Notes: a model not told the origin generated them from the sequence alone. A stretch of 64,000 bases of DNA from Octopus sinensis (GCF_006345805.1 NC_043000.1:120280001-120344000); one strand, 5' to 3'. Positions 1-11,912 are shown, numbered from the stretch's first letter. Numbers and translations are program-made.

Positions 1-3000
1 GCACCACTTCTGCCACCAAGTAAAGATAACATGTCCCAACGTTGCCACCACTTCTGCCACCAAGCAAAGATACATGTCCCAACGTTGCACCACTTCTGCC
101 ACCAAGTAAAGATAACATGTCCCAACGTTGCAACCACTTCTGCCACCAAGTAAGATAACATGTCCCAACGTTGCAACCACTTCTGCCACCAGTAAAGATA
201 ACATCCCAACGTTGCACCACTTCTGCCACCAAATCAAGATAACATGTCCCAACGTTGCACCATCTTCCACCACCAAGTAAAGGTAACTTGTCTCAACGTT
301 GCACCACTTCTGCCACCAAGTAAAGATAACATGTCCCAACGTTGCACCACTTCTGCCACCAAGCAAAGCTAACAGTTCCCACAACGTTGCACCACTTCTG
401 CCACCAAGCAAAGATAACATGTCCCAACGTTGCACCACTTCTGCCACCAAACAAAGATAACATGTCCCAACGTTGCACCACTTCTGCCACCAAGTAAAGG
501 TAAACTGTCCCAACGTTGCACCACTTCTGCCACCAAGTAAAGGTAAACTGTCTCAACGTTGCACCACTTCTGCCACCAAGTAAAGATAACATGTCCCAAC
601 GTTGCACCACTTCTGCCACCAAGTAAAGATAACATGTCCCAACGTTGCACCACTTCTGCCACCAAGTAAAGGTAAACTGTCTCAACGTTGCACCACTTCT
701 GCCACCAAGCAAAGATAACATGTCTCAACGTTGCACCACTTCTGCCACCAAGCAAAGATAACATGTCCCAACGTTGCACCACTTCTGCCACCAAGCAAAG
801 ATAACATGTCCCAACGTTGCACCACTTCTGCCACCACAAGATAACATGTCCCACGTTGCAACCACTTCTGCCACCAAGTAAAGGTAAACTGTCTCAACGT
901 TGCACCACTTCTGCCACAAGTAAAGATAACATATCTCAACGTTGCACCACCACTTCTGCCACCAAGTAAAGATAACATGTCCCAACGTTGCACCACTTCT
1001 GCCACCAAGTAAAGATAACATGTCTCAACGTTGCACCACTTCTGCCACCAAGTAAAGATAACATGTCCCAACGTTGCACCACTTCTGCCACCAAGTAAAG
1101 ATAACATGTCTCAACGTTGCACCACTTCTGCCACCAAGTAAAGATAACATGTCCCAACGTTGCACCACTTCTGCCACCAAGTAAAGATAACATGTCCCAA
1201 CGTTGCACCACTTCTGCCACCAAGTAAAGATAACATGTCCCAACGTTGCACCACTTCTGCCACCAAGTAAAGATAACATGTCTCAACGTTGCACCACTTC
1301 TGCCACCAAGCAAAAATAACATGTCCCAACGTTGCACCACTTCTGCCACCAAGTAAAGATAACATGTCCCAACGTTGCACCACTTCTGCCACCAAGCAAA
1401 GATAACATGTCCCAACGTTGCACCACTTCTGCCACCAAGTAAAGATAACCTGTCCCAACGTTGCACCACTTCTGCCACCAAGCAAAGATAACGTCTCAAC
1501 GTTGCACCACTTCTGCCACCAAACAAAGATAACATGTCCCAACGTTGCACCACTTCTGCCACCAAGCAAAGATAACATGTCCCAACGTTGCACCACTTCT
1601 GCCACCAAGTAAAGGTAAACTGTCTCAACGTTGCACCACTTCTGCCACCAAGTAAAGGTAAACTGTCTCAACGTTGCACCACTTCTGCCACCAAGCAAAG
1701 ATAACATGTCCCAACGTTGCACCACTTCTGCCACCAAGCAAAGATAACATGTCCCAACGTTGCACCACTTCTGCCACCAAGTAAAGATAACATGTCTCAA
1801 CGTTGCACCACTTCTGCCACCAAGGAAAGATAACATGTCCCAACGTTGCACCACTTCTGCCACCAAGCAAAGATAACATGTCCCAACGTTGCACCACTTC
1901 TGCCACCAAGTAAAGATAACATGTCCCAACGTTGCACCACTTCTGCCACCAAGCAAAGATAACATGTCCCACGTTGCACCACTTCTGCCACCAAGCAAAG
2001 ATAACATGTCCCAACGTTGCACCACTTCTGCCACCAAGCAAAGATAACATGTCCCAACGTTGCACCACTTCTGCCACCAAGCAAAGATAACATGTCCCAA
2101 CGTTGCACCACTTCTGCCACCACAAGATAACATGTCCCAACGTTGCACCACTTCTGCCACCAAGCAAAGATAACATGTCCCAACGTTGCACCACTTCTGC
2201 CACCAAGCAAAGATAACATGTCCCAACGTTGCACCACTTCTGCCACCAAGTAAAGGTAAACTGTCTCAACGTTGCACCACTTCTGCCACCAAGTAAAGAT
2301 AACTGTCAACGTTGCACCACTTCTGCCACCAAGCAAAGATAACATGTCCCAACGTTGCACCACTTCTGCCACCAAGTAAAGATACATGTCCCAACGTTGC
2401 ACCACTTCTGACCACTTCTGCCACCAAGTAAAGATAACATGTCCCAAACGTGCACACCACTTCTGCCACCAAGCAAAGATAACATGTCCCAACGTTGCAC
2501 CACTTCTGCCACCAAGTAAAGATAACCTGTCCCAACATTGCACACCACTTCTGCCACCAAGCAAAGATAACATGTCCCCGTCGTTGCACCACTTCTCCGC
2601 CAACTAAAGATAACCTGTCTCAACGTTGCACCACTTCTGCCACCAAGTAAAGATAACATGTCCCAACGTTGCACCACTTCTGCCACCAAGCAAAGATAAC
2701 ATGTCCCAACGTTGCACCACTTCTGCCACCAAATAAAGATAACATGTCCCAACGTTGCACCACTTCTGCCACCAAGTAAAGATAACATGTCCCAACGTTG
2801 CACCACTTCTGCCACCAAGTAAAGATAACATGTCCCAACGTTGCACCACTTCTGCCACCAAGTAAAGATAACATGTCCCAACGTTGCACCACTTCTGCCA
2901 CCAAGCAAAGATAACATGTCCCAACGTTGCACCACTTCTGCCACCAAGCAAAGATAACATGTCCCAACGTTGCACCACTTCTCCGCCAACTAAAGATAAC

Positions 3001-3733
3001 CTGTCTCAACATTGCACCACTTCTGCCACCAAGCAAAGATAACATTTCCCAACGTTGCACCACTTCGCAACTTCTGCCCGCCACGAAAGATAACCTGTCT
3101 CAACATTGCACCACTTCTGCCACCAAGCAAAGATAACATGTCCCAACGTTGCACCACTTCTGCCACCAAGCAAAGATAACATGTCCCAACGTTGCACCAC
3201 TTCTGCCACCAAGTAAAGATAACATGTCCCAACGTTGCACCACTTCTGCCACCAAGCAAAGATAACATGTCCCAACGTTGCACCACTTCTGCCACCAAGC
3301 AAAGATAACATGTCCCAACGTTGCACCACTTCTGCCACCAAGTAAAGATAACATGTCCCAACGTTGCACCACTTCTGCCACCAAGCAAAGATAACATGTC
3401 CCAACGTTGCACCACTTCTGCCACCAAGTAAAGATAACATGTCCCAACGTTGCACCACTTCTGCCACCAAGCAAAGATAACATGTCCCAACGTTGCACCA
3501 CTTCTGCCACCAAGCAAAGATAACATGTCCCAACGTTGCACCACATCTGCCACCAAGCAAAGATAACATGTCCCAACGTTGCACCACTTCTGCCACCAAG
3601 TAAAGATAACATGTCCCAACGTTGCACCACTTCTGCCACCAAGCAAAGATAACATGTCCCAACGTTGCACACCACTTCTGCCACCAAGCAAAGATAACAT
3701 GTCCCAACGTTGCACCACTTTTGCCACCAAGTA
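1..3733. repeat. 43-bp tandem satellite, about 85-87 copies, consensus AACGTTGCACCACTTCTGCCACCAAG(T/C)AAAGATAACATGTCCC; runs into the assembly gap
   Basis: The unit was read directly from the sequence. The many minus-strand ORFs here are the same 43-mer translated through all three frames. Confidence 0.98.
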
Positions 3734-3833
3734 NNNNNNNNNNNNNNNNNNNNNNNNNNNNNNNNNNNNNNNNNNNNNNNNNNNNNNNNNNNNNNNNNNN
3801 NNNNNNNNNNNNNNNNNNNNNNNNNNNNNNNNN
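3734..3833. other. Assembly gap (100 N)
   Basis: Run of exactly 100 N, probably a placeholder of unknown true size. Confidence 0.99.
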
Positions 3834-4123
3834 ATATTCTTTTCTACTCAAGGCACAAGGCCCCAAAAAATTTTTTGTGGCCCGGGGAATCGATTAGATC
3901 GACCCCAGTACGCAACTGGTACTTAATTTATAGACCCTGAAAGGATAAAAGGCAAAGTCGAACACAGAATTTGAACTCAGAACGCAGCGGCAGACGAAAT
4001 ACCGCTAAGCATTTCGCCCAGCGTGCTAACGTCTCTTGTTTCTTTATTACCCACAAGGGGCTAAACATAGAGGGGACGAACAAAGACAGACAGAGGAATT
4101 ATGTTGATTACATCTACCCCAGT
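3834..4123 (-). mobile_element. tRNA-derived SINE family B, two partial modules ending in the type-2 tail
   Basis: Reverse complement contains CGTTAGCACGCTGGGCGAAATGCTTAGCGGTATTTCGTCTGCC, B-box-like GAGTTCAAATTC, the core and the tail GGGCCTTGTGCCTTGAGTAGAAAAG, as in other copies in the window. Confidence 0.9.
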
Positions 4124-4556
4124 GCCCCGCTTCGCACCATTTTCGTCTCCGCTTCGTACCGCTTTGCCCCGCATCGATCCACTTCGCCCCGCTTCGTCCC
4201 CGCTTCGCACCGCTTTGCTCCGCGTCTATTCTCTTTACCCCCGCTTTGCCTCCGTTTCGCCTCCGATTCGCCTCCGATTCGCCCCCGCTTCACCTCCGCT
4301 TCACTCCCGTTTCGCCCCCAATTCGCCCCCACTTCGGCACCGCTTTGCCCCGCGTCGATTCACTTCACCCAACTTGGCCCCTGCTTGGCCCCCATTTAGC
4401 CACCAGTTTGCTCCGCGCTTTGCTCCGCTTTGCTCCGCTTTGCACCGCTCTGTCCGGTTCCGTTCGGTTTTGTCCGGTTCCGTCCGGTTTCGTCCGGTTC
4501 CGTCCGGTTCCATCCGGCTCCGTCCGGTTCCGTCCACTTCTATCCGGCTCCGTCCC
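4124..4556. repeat. GC-rich 5-bp/10-bp period repeat: (CCCCG/CTTCG/CACCG/CTTTG)n followed by (GTCCGGTTCC)n
   Basis: Pentamer periodicity is visible directly, and GC content is far above the flanks. Confidence 0.85.
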
Positions 4557-5302
4557 AAAGTAGTGACATAGATACAAACTTGATGTTTCAGTTTGAACAA
4601 TTAGTGGGTCATAGTTTGTAGGAAATTCCAAGGTATTATTGAGGCAGGGAGGGAGGGAGGAACTGGAAAAAGTGTTTTGTGCAGAATCAGTCAGCCGTGA
4701 AGACGAGACATCAGGAAGGTGAGGGGAGGACGTGGAATCGTTTCCTCTAATTTTTAGTAATCACTCTGTATAAAAAAAAATCTTACATTGTATCTATTTC
4801 GTCTTTCTCTGTGACAAAGCAAGCGTGTAATATATGCGTGCTCTGAATAAATAATAATATAAATTCTTTACTTCTGTTTTATTTGTTCTTTTAGTCATTG
4901 GACTGCAGCCATACAGAGATATCGTTTCCAAAGGTTTTGTCAATCGATCAAATCAATTCCAGGACTTATTCTTTTAAAGTCTGGCACTATTTTATTACTA
5001 GCTTTTCCCCCTTTATTTGAGAGGGGGTGGGGGTCAACTGTTAAGGTACGAGAACGCAAAAAAAGCTAATACTAGTTGCCAAAGAGAACAAGAGAGCGCG
5101 TGGAAGCACACATACGATGGGATTTAAAAAAAAATATTCTGAAATTAAAGGTGAATGGTCAAAGATCCGTCAAGTAGGTTGTGGGCTCGCACCTGTATTG
5201 TTTCAGATGAATTAATGAAGGGGAGGGGGAAACCCTTAAAATACAGCTGGTTTGCTTTAGTGTGCATTTAATATAAGTCTATGTATTTATGTTTTACTTA
5301 TT

Positions 5303-5697
5303 GGAGTAGCTGTGTGGTAAATAACTTGCTTACCAACCATATGGTTCCGGGTTCAGTCCCACTGTGTGGCACCTTGGGCAAGTGTCTTCTGCTATAGCCT
5401 CGGGCAAACCAATGCCTTGAGAGTGGATTTGGTAGACGGAAACTGAAAGAAGCCCGTCGTATATATATATATGTATAAATATATATATATGTATATGTTT
5501 GTGTCTGTGTTTGTCGCTCCTCCATCGCTTGACAACCGATGTTCGTGTGTTTGCGTCCCCGTAACTGAGGGGTTCGGCAAAAGAGATCGATTGAATAAGT
5601 ACTAGCCTTACAAAGAATAAGCCCTGGGGGCGATTTGCTCGACTAAAGGCGGTGCTCCAGCATGGCCTCAGTGAAATGACTGAAACAAATAAAAGAA
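5303..5697 (+). mobile_element. tRNA-derived SINE family A, near full length, with internal (TA)n/(TG)n
   Basis: Head TGTGTGGTAA...GGTTCAGTCCC, body CCTTGGGCAAGTGTCTTC...GGAAACTGAAAGAAGCCC, tail GCTCCAGCATGGCC...GACTGAAAC; more than 10 homologous copies in the window. Confidence 0.92.
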
Positions 5698-7079
5698 TAT
5701 ATGCCTCTGATTGTTTTAGTATGTAACAAAATTTCCCTAAACTATACGCCCTGAAAGAAATATTACTCTAGTTGTTATTAGAATCTTGATGAAGGACAAT
5801 TATACAATACCACTGTAAATTATTACACAAATGACAAAACCATTGACCAAACAATCAAGAAACCTTCAATATGCGAGAATGAAGAACAATGCAGCGATAA
5901 CAAACTATAGAAGAATCACAAGCAACAAGCTATATGAGACATGTATTCCTATCATCAGCTGCCAAACAGATATCATTATTGTTTCGGCACCTGGGTAATA
6001 CCATTCAATTTGGTGGTGTGAAGAGGGTTAAAAACATAAACACTGCCTGGGAACTTAAAGACAAGAAGCAGAAACGAAACATGAGCATATGTTAATTACA
6101 TCTACACCTGCTTATGTGTGAATATGTGTTTGTGTGTTTGTGCGTATGTTTGTATGTTAAAGTATTTGTATGGAGTTAATAAGAAAGTTGAGAGAATATT
6201 ATCATGGTAAATTAACAGCATATCATACAAAGACTTCAGTTTAACTTTTTTTTCTTTAAAAATGTGTGTTACTTTCTGCGCAATTCTATCAAATAAGTAA
6301 CAGAATGTTTTATATAAGTTTCTTTAAGGAATTTGAATACTTATATATGCAAGTGTTGTGTTTGTATGTGTAAGTATGTAGAGCTACTTAAGTGAATTTG
6401 TATTAATTTATTTGTGTCGACTTTTAAAACTCGACGCAAATAAATGAATTATTTGAAATATACTGAAACACATGTACAGACATACAAAAATAGCAAATCA
6501 CTAACATATACGTATTTTAATTTCCTTAAAGAAACCAATATGAAATATATTGGTACATATTTAATAAAATTACACAGAACATGACACACTTTTTGGAGAA
6601 AATTTAAAACTGAAACCTTTATATAATTATAGTTTTAATATCCCTCTCTCAGTTTTCCATATAATTCCATAAATACACGCTCACACACATACCAACATAC
6701 AATCATACTATCATACACAAGTAAGTACAATCACACAAGCAAATACACACATCTAAACGTAATATAAGAAAAAGAAATCATTAAATATAATCACCAGTTT
6801 CTTTTGTTTATCTAGATTAATTTAATCGAAATGATACCGATCAAATCCCCTTACCTACTTAAAGTTTCTTTGATCTTCCTTTACCTTTAATTTGATTTAA
6901 TTAAAAAAAATTTTCTTTACCTCGTCACTATTGTTGCACTAACGTTTAGACATATTCATTAGATTATTCCTCCGAATATCTAAGATTTTAAACAATTTAC
7001 AGGAGTTATATGTGAGCTACTTTAAGTTTCAAGTCCAGACAGTGCAATCATTGAACGGGTTTGTATAGTGTAATATCCG

Positions 7080-7259
7080 ACAATCGTTCAGTATCAAGTG
7101 GCATGGCTACTCCATGAGAAAAAGCAAGAAAAAAACGGGAAAAATGATCGTGAAACGTTTCTTAACGTTTTCTCGTAGTGTTGTCGCATTCATTTTTGTT
7201 TGTTTCTTCTTTCTTGCATTTTGTCAGGGAGTAGCCATGTCATCCGATCCTGAAATTGT
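7080..7259. other. ~180-nt imperfect inverted repeat / rod-like hairpin
   Basis: CATGGCTACTCC (7102-7113) is the exact reverse complement of GGAGTAGCCATG (7228-7239). Pairing extends inward and outward with isolated mismatches, and an inner stem AAACGTT-TCTT-AACGTTT closes the loop. Confidence 0.8.
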
Positions 7260-8377
7260 GCCGGTTTGTGCTCTGAATGCTATACAACTCGGTTCGATTT
7301 CTGTTCTACTCGAGCATGAAACTTGAAGTAGTTCCCGTATAACACCTGTATTCAAGGAGCATTTGTGGAACATTTCTAGTAATATTTCTACCGAATGCAG
7401 ACAACAGGCTGGATATCTTTGTGACAGGTCAGCTGATCTCTATGCATCGTTATAGAGATTAGTTGCCCCTCTTTGGAACTCAAAGAGAAAGAGGATAATT
7501 ATAGACAAGGGATTCGTAACCGTCAGCTTCAATACTCAGATTATAAATTCACATTTATAATGGTGGTCTTGGTTTTGTAAATAAATGCCTCAACGACAAC
7601 CTGGAAAATGTAGAGCTCTCAGAAAAAGAAATTAAATGGTTAACACGGACATTAGAAATACATTCTGAAAGCGAAACAGTAAAAATATGCAAGGCGTTTC
7701 TCAAGTTCAAAATGTGACGCTTCATTGTTATCTGCATGCCAATGATGGAGCTTTGTATGTTTCTTAGAAATCAATTCCTTCCTTACAGGAATACTTTAAA
7801 TAATTAAAAACAGAAGGAAACATATACGTTATGTGTGTATACATGTGTGGTTGTACGTATGTGATGTTCTGTGTGTGTATGAACGTGTGCGTGTAAATAC
7901 TATATCTTATATTTCCTTTACGTTTCTCGTAGAAAGACTGGCGCACCGAACAATGCGGTTGGTCACATATAAAAGAGACAGTAACAGCAGTTTCCATTTA
8001 CGAATCTAGGTGGGTCGGTGAGTCATTACAAAGAATTGCAATTATCAACCGGTCGTTTATATTGGTTTGAGAATCACCTACCAAATGGAAGTGTGTCGAG
8101 ATTGCAGTGTGACAGCTTAACCATAGTTATGCTATCTCGTATTAGATAGAAGTAATAAAATAAGGAATAACTTTTCCAACAAGAATTGTCTATTTTTCGA
8201 TAAAGCAAGACTGTTCCTGCACGTTAAAGATAGGAATTAACGGCTGAAAATGGAGCTTAACTCTAGAAAAATCAATCATGGCGTCGGTGACATACAATGT
8301 TTATTGTTGCTTTTTTAATAACACTACGTTATTTAGGAAAGAAATGCAATGGAAAATTTCAGAAACTTTAATGAATA

Positions 8378-8530
8378 GGCGCAGGTATGGCTGTGTGGTA
8401 AGGAGTTTGCTTCCAAACTTTATGGTTCCGGGTTCAGTCTCCTTGCATGGCGTATTGGGCAAGACTCTTACTGCTGTAGTCTCGGGCCGACCAAAGCCTT
8501 GTGAGTGGATTTGGTAGACGGAAACTGAAG
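8378..8530 (+). mobile_element. SINE family A, 5' half
   Basis: GGCGCAGG..TGGCTGTGTGGTAAG...GGTTCAGTC...GGTAGACGGAAACTGAAG, truncated by the next element. Confidence 0.88.
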
Positions 8531-8682
8531 GAATTTCATTATTTACATTTGACGGATATTTGTCCTCATCTTGTTTTATTGTTAACACAACGGTTCGGCT
8601 GATGTATTCTCCAGCCTTCATCAGGTGTCCTGGGGAATTTGGAACCTGGCTTCTCATTCCTAAGATAGTTTCCCAATGTGGT
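8531..8682 (-). mobile_element. Terminal fragment of a Penelope-like (PLE) element carrying a hammerhead motif
   Basis: Contains the hammerhead architecture at 8584-8629 and abuts an (AAT)n tract. The PLE assignment rests on the known association of minimal type I hammerheads with PLE termini. Confidence 0.55.
8584..8629 (-). ncRNA. Type I hammerhead ribozyme motif with one core substitution (A15.1 to C)
   Basis: Minus strand reads GACAC CUGAUGA A GGCUG-gagaauacau-CAGCC GAA C CG UU GUGUU. Stem I is GACAC/GUGUU and stem II is a 5-bp GGCUG/CAGCC. Confidence 0.75.
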
Positions 8683-8690
8683 CATCATCA

Positions 8691-8763
<73 letters not shown>

Positions 8764-8773
8764 CATTATCATT
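8683..8773. repeat. (ATT)n microsatellite
   Basis: Direct reading. Confidence 0.97.
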
Positions 8774-9052
8774 CAGTAGTTTTTTATAGCGTGCTTTCAC
8801 TTCACTGTCGAGCGTAGCTCTGTGTGCCTTGCGTATGTGCTGTGATTTCTTGTGATGCTCTGATGCTTACTGTATTGAAAGTGTTCTGCGTAGGATGTGT
8901 GCAGTGCCTTGTAGTGCAATTTTCTGTACGTTATATATATTTGTAAGTCCTGGTGTTTTTGTTATGTATTTGTCTGAATATTTTTTATCATGCCTTATGC
9001 ACCTGCTATGATAGGAATTGTTTCTGTTTTTAGATTCCACATTCTAGTTACC
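8774..9052 (-). mobile_element. 3' fragment of an R4/Dong-like non-LTR retrotransposon (REL endonuclease C-terminus), pseudogenised
   Basis: Reverse strand translates VTRMWNLKTETIPIIAGA*GMIK..., homologous to the copy at 25189-25541. The tail ends on (AAT)n. Confidence 0.8.
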
Positions 9053-9358
9053 TTTCAGGGTCGATTAAATAAGTACCAGTTACGCACTGGGGTCAATATA
9101 ATCAACTTAATCCGTTTGTCTGTCCTTGTTTGTCCTCTCTGTGTTTAGCCCCTTGTGGGTAGTAAAGAAACAGATATTTTGTTTGCCGTTTCGTTCTGAG
9201 TTCAAATTCCGCCGAGGTCGACTTTGCCTTTCATCCTTTCGGCGTCGATAAGTTAAGTACCAGTTACGCACCGGGGTCGATGTAATTGACTTAATCCGTT
9301 TGTTTGTCCTTGTTTGTCCCCTCTATGTTTATCCCCTTGTGGGCAATAAAGAAATAGG
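9053..9358 (+). mobile_element. SINE family B, two partial modules
   Basis: Core GTCGATTAAATAAGTACCAGTTACGCACTGGGGTC and type-1 tail GTTTAGCCCCTTGTGGGTAGTAAAGAAA, occurring twice. Confidence 0.88.
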
Positions 9359-10440
9359 AAACTAAGAAGATAAAATAGAAATAATTTTGTTTTCGTATTT
9401 GGTTTGCTAGATACTTGATGTGACCTGGTCTGTTGTATTTTGGGAGGGTCAATTTGCCAATAGTGGTTTCACATTGAGGCACTCGGTTTGCAGTTTTAGG
9501 GGGTTAGTCGATTACACCGACCCCCAGTTCTCAACACTGTTTAATTTTATCGACCTCGAAAGGCTGAAGACAAAGTCGACGTCGGCTGCATTTGAACTCA
9601 GAGCATAAAGAACCGGACGAAAATTGCTAAGCATTTTGTCCGACATGGTAAACATTCTACCTGTCTTCCACATTCATTATGTCAATAATAAGCGCGCGCT
9701 CTGGGTCTGTCCTACTTATTTTTTATTTATTTATCATAAGGCGGCGAGCTGGCAGAATTCCTTAGAATGCCGGGCGAAATGATTAGCAGTATTTCGTCTG
9801 CTGTTACGTTCTGAGTTCAGATTCGCCGAGGTCGACTTTGCCTTTCATCCTTTCGGCGTCGATAAGTTAAGTACCAGTTACGCACCGGGGTCGATGTAAT
9901 TGACTTAATCCGTTTGTTTGTCCTTGTTTGTCCCCTCTATGTTTATCCCCTTGTGGGCAATAAAGAAATAGGAAACTAAGAAGATAAAATAGAAATAATT
10001 TTGTTTTCGTATTTGGTTTGCTAGATACTTGATGTGACCTGGTCTGTTGTATTTTGGGAGGGTCAATTTGCCAATAGTGGTTTCACATTGAGGCACTCGG
10101 TTTGCAGTTTTAGGGGGTTAGTCGATTACACCGACCCCCAGTTCTCAACACTGTTTAATTTTATCGACCTCGAAAGGCTGAAGACAAAGTCGACGTCGGC
10201 TGCATTTGAACTCAGAGCATAAAGAACCGGACGAAAATTGCTAAGCATTTTGTCCGACATGGTAAACATTCTACCTGTCTTCCACATTCATTATGTCAAT
10301 AATAAGCGCGCGCGCTCTGGGTCTGTCCTACTTATTTTTTATTTATTTATCATAAGGCGGCGAGCTGGCAGAATTCCTTAGAATGCCGGGCGAAATGATT
10401 AGCAGTATTTCGTCTGCTGTTACGTTCTGAGTTCAGATTC
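9211..10440. repeat. Near-perfect tandem duplication (unit 1 9211-9824, 614 bp; unit 2 9825-10440, 616 bp)
   Basis: Identical ORFs at an offset of 614 (9291/9905 and 9420/10034). The only difference I saw is one extra GC in a (GC)n run. Confidence 0.95.
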
Positions 10441-10772
10441 TGCCGAGGTCGACTTTGCCTTTCATCCTTTCGGAGTGGATTAAATAAGTAATCGACTTAA
10501 TCCGTTTGTCTGTCCTTATTTGTCCCCTCTATGTTTATCTCCTTGTAGGCAATAAAAAAATAAGAAACATTAGCACGCCGTGCGAAATGCTCAACGGTAT
10601 TTCGCTCGTCTTTACGTTCTGAGTTCAAATTCCGCCGAGGTTAACTTTGCATGTCATCTTTTCGGGAGTCGATAAATTAAGTACCAGTTACGTACTGAGG
10701 TCGATCTAATCGACTGATGCCCTCCCCAAAATTTCGGACCTTGTGCCTAGAGTAGAAGTGATTATTTATTAT
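10354..10772 (+). mobile_element. SINE family B dimer ending in the type-2 tail
   Basis: Head GGCGGCGAGCTGGCAGAA, core, type-1 tail, re-entry at AGAAACATTAGCACGCC, core, then CCCCAAAATTTCGGACCTTGTGCCTAGAGTAGAA. Confidence 0.88.
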
Positions 10773-11134
10773 TTTGTTAATTATGTAGCCAATTAAACAA
10801 ATCGATTGTCTGATTCATCATTCGGTCAATCAATCAATTAATCAATTAATCAATCAGATGTAAATAGAGTTCAAAGGTGGAATTTTCATTCATGTAGTAC
10901 TCAAAGACAAAGTCTTCAGTCATGGCTACAATCAGACGGACTTAGAATACTCCTCTTCATAGATGAAGCTAATATGGAAATATAAGTGGCGTATCATTTA
11001 TATTAAACAGCAAGAAACGTGTTACCGGCTTCCTTATAAAATGGTGTCTCCTGTATGCGTAAAAGTGTATATTGCTAAGATAATTTGTCAGATGCGTAGT
11101 TTGAGGCCCCTGTCAAGATAAGCTTTGTATACAG

Positions 11135-11865
11135 TTCACAGCACACACACACAGACACACACACACAAGCACATGCACACATACACCTATAGGCACACAC
11201 GCACATACACGTACACACGCAGTATATTCTGGTAGATGATGTCAGACGAAGATTTGCAAAGCTCGTTGTACGCGTATTTTATTGCTCATAATTCATGTCT
11301 TATACTGGTTTTATAGCTCATAATTCATGCTGCAAAGACGTTTAATTACGAATAACCCACGATGTATATAAATCCAGCTTTATTACATAACCATTTTTCA
11401 TAAGAGGTCGACGGTGTTTCAATGTACGCTGAAAATAAAAAAAAGAAGATTACTGAAGCACTGACAAAAAAAATGCATTTACAGTTAACAAGCTGCGGAA
11501 AATAACTCAATCTCGACGAAAGCAAGTTTAAAAAAAGAAGCAGATAAAACACTTACACGCTCTCCCATCCACGCATATGTATATATATTTGTGTGTATAG
11601 CATGTGTAAATACGCACACACACACACACATAGACACTCACACACACACATGTATATATGTTTACCTGTCTATCTACGTATTATATATATATGTATATAT
11701 ACATACCTTTATGTACATATATACCGTATATGAATTATATATATATAATATATATATATATACTTATATACAGATTTATATATTCACATATACACACAAA
11801 CACACACACACATACACACACACATATATATATGGATTTATATATTCGCACATATACATACATAC

Positions 11866-11912
<47 letters not shown>

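Noticed and set aside
1-3733. Long minus-strand ORFs (up to 371 aa) and a CRISPR-like look
   Set aside because: The 43-mer simply lacks stop triplets on one strand, so all frames stay open. Units are head-to-tail with no unique spacers and there are no cas genes.
5955-6000. GAAAC…CTGATGA on the minus strand as a type II hammerhead
   Set aside because: Stem I would be only 6 nt in total and stem II cannot close.
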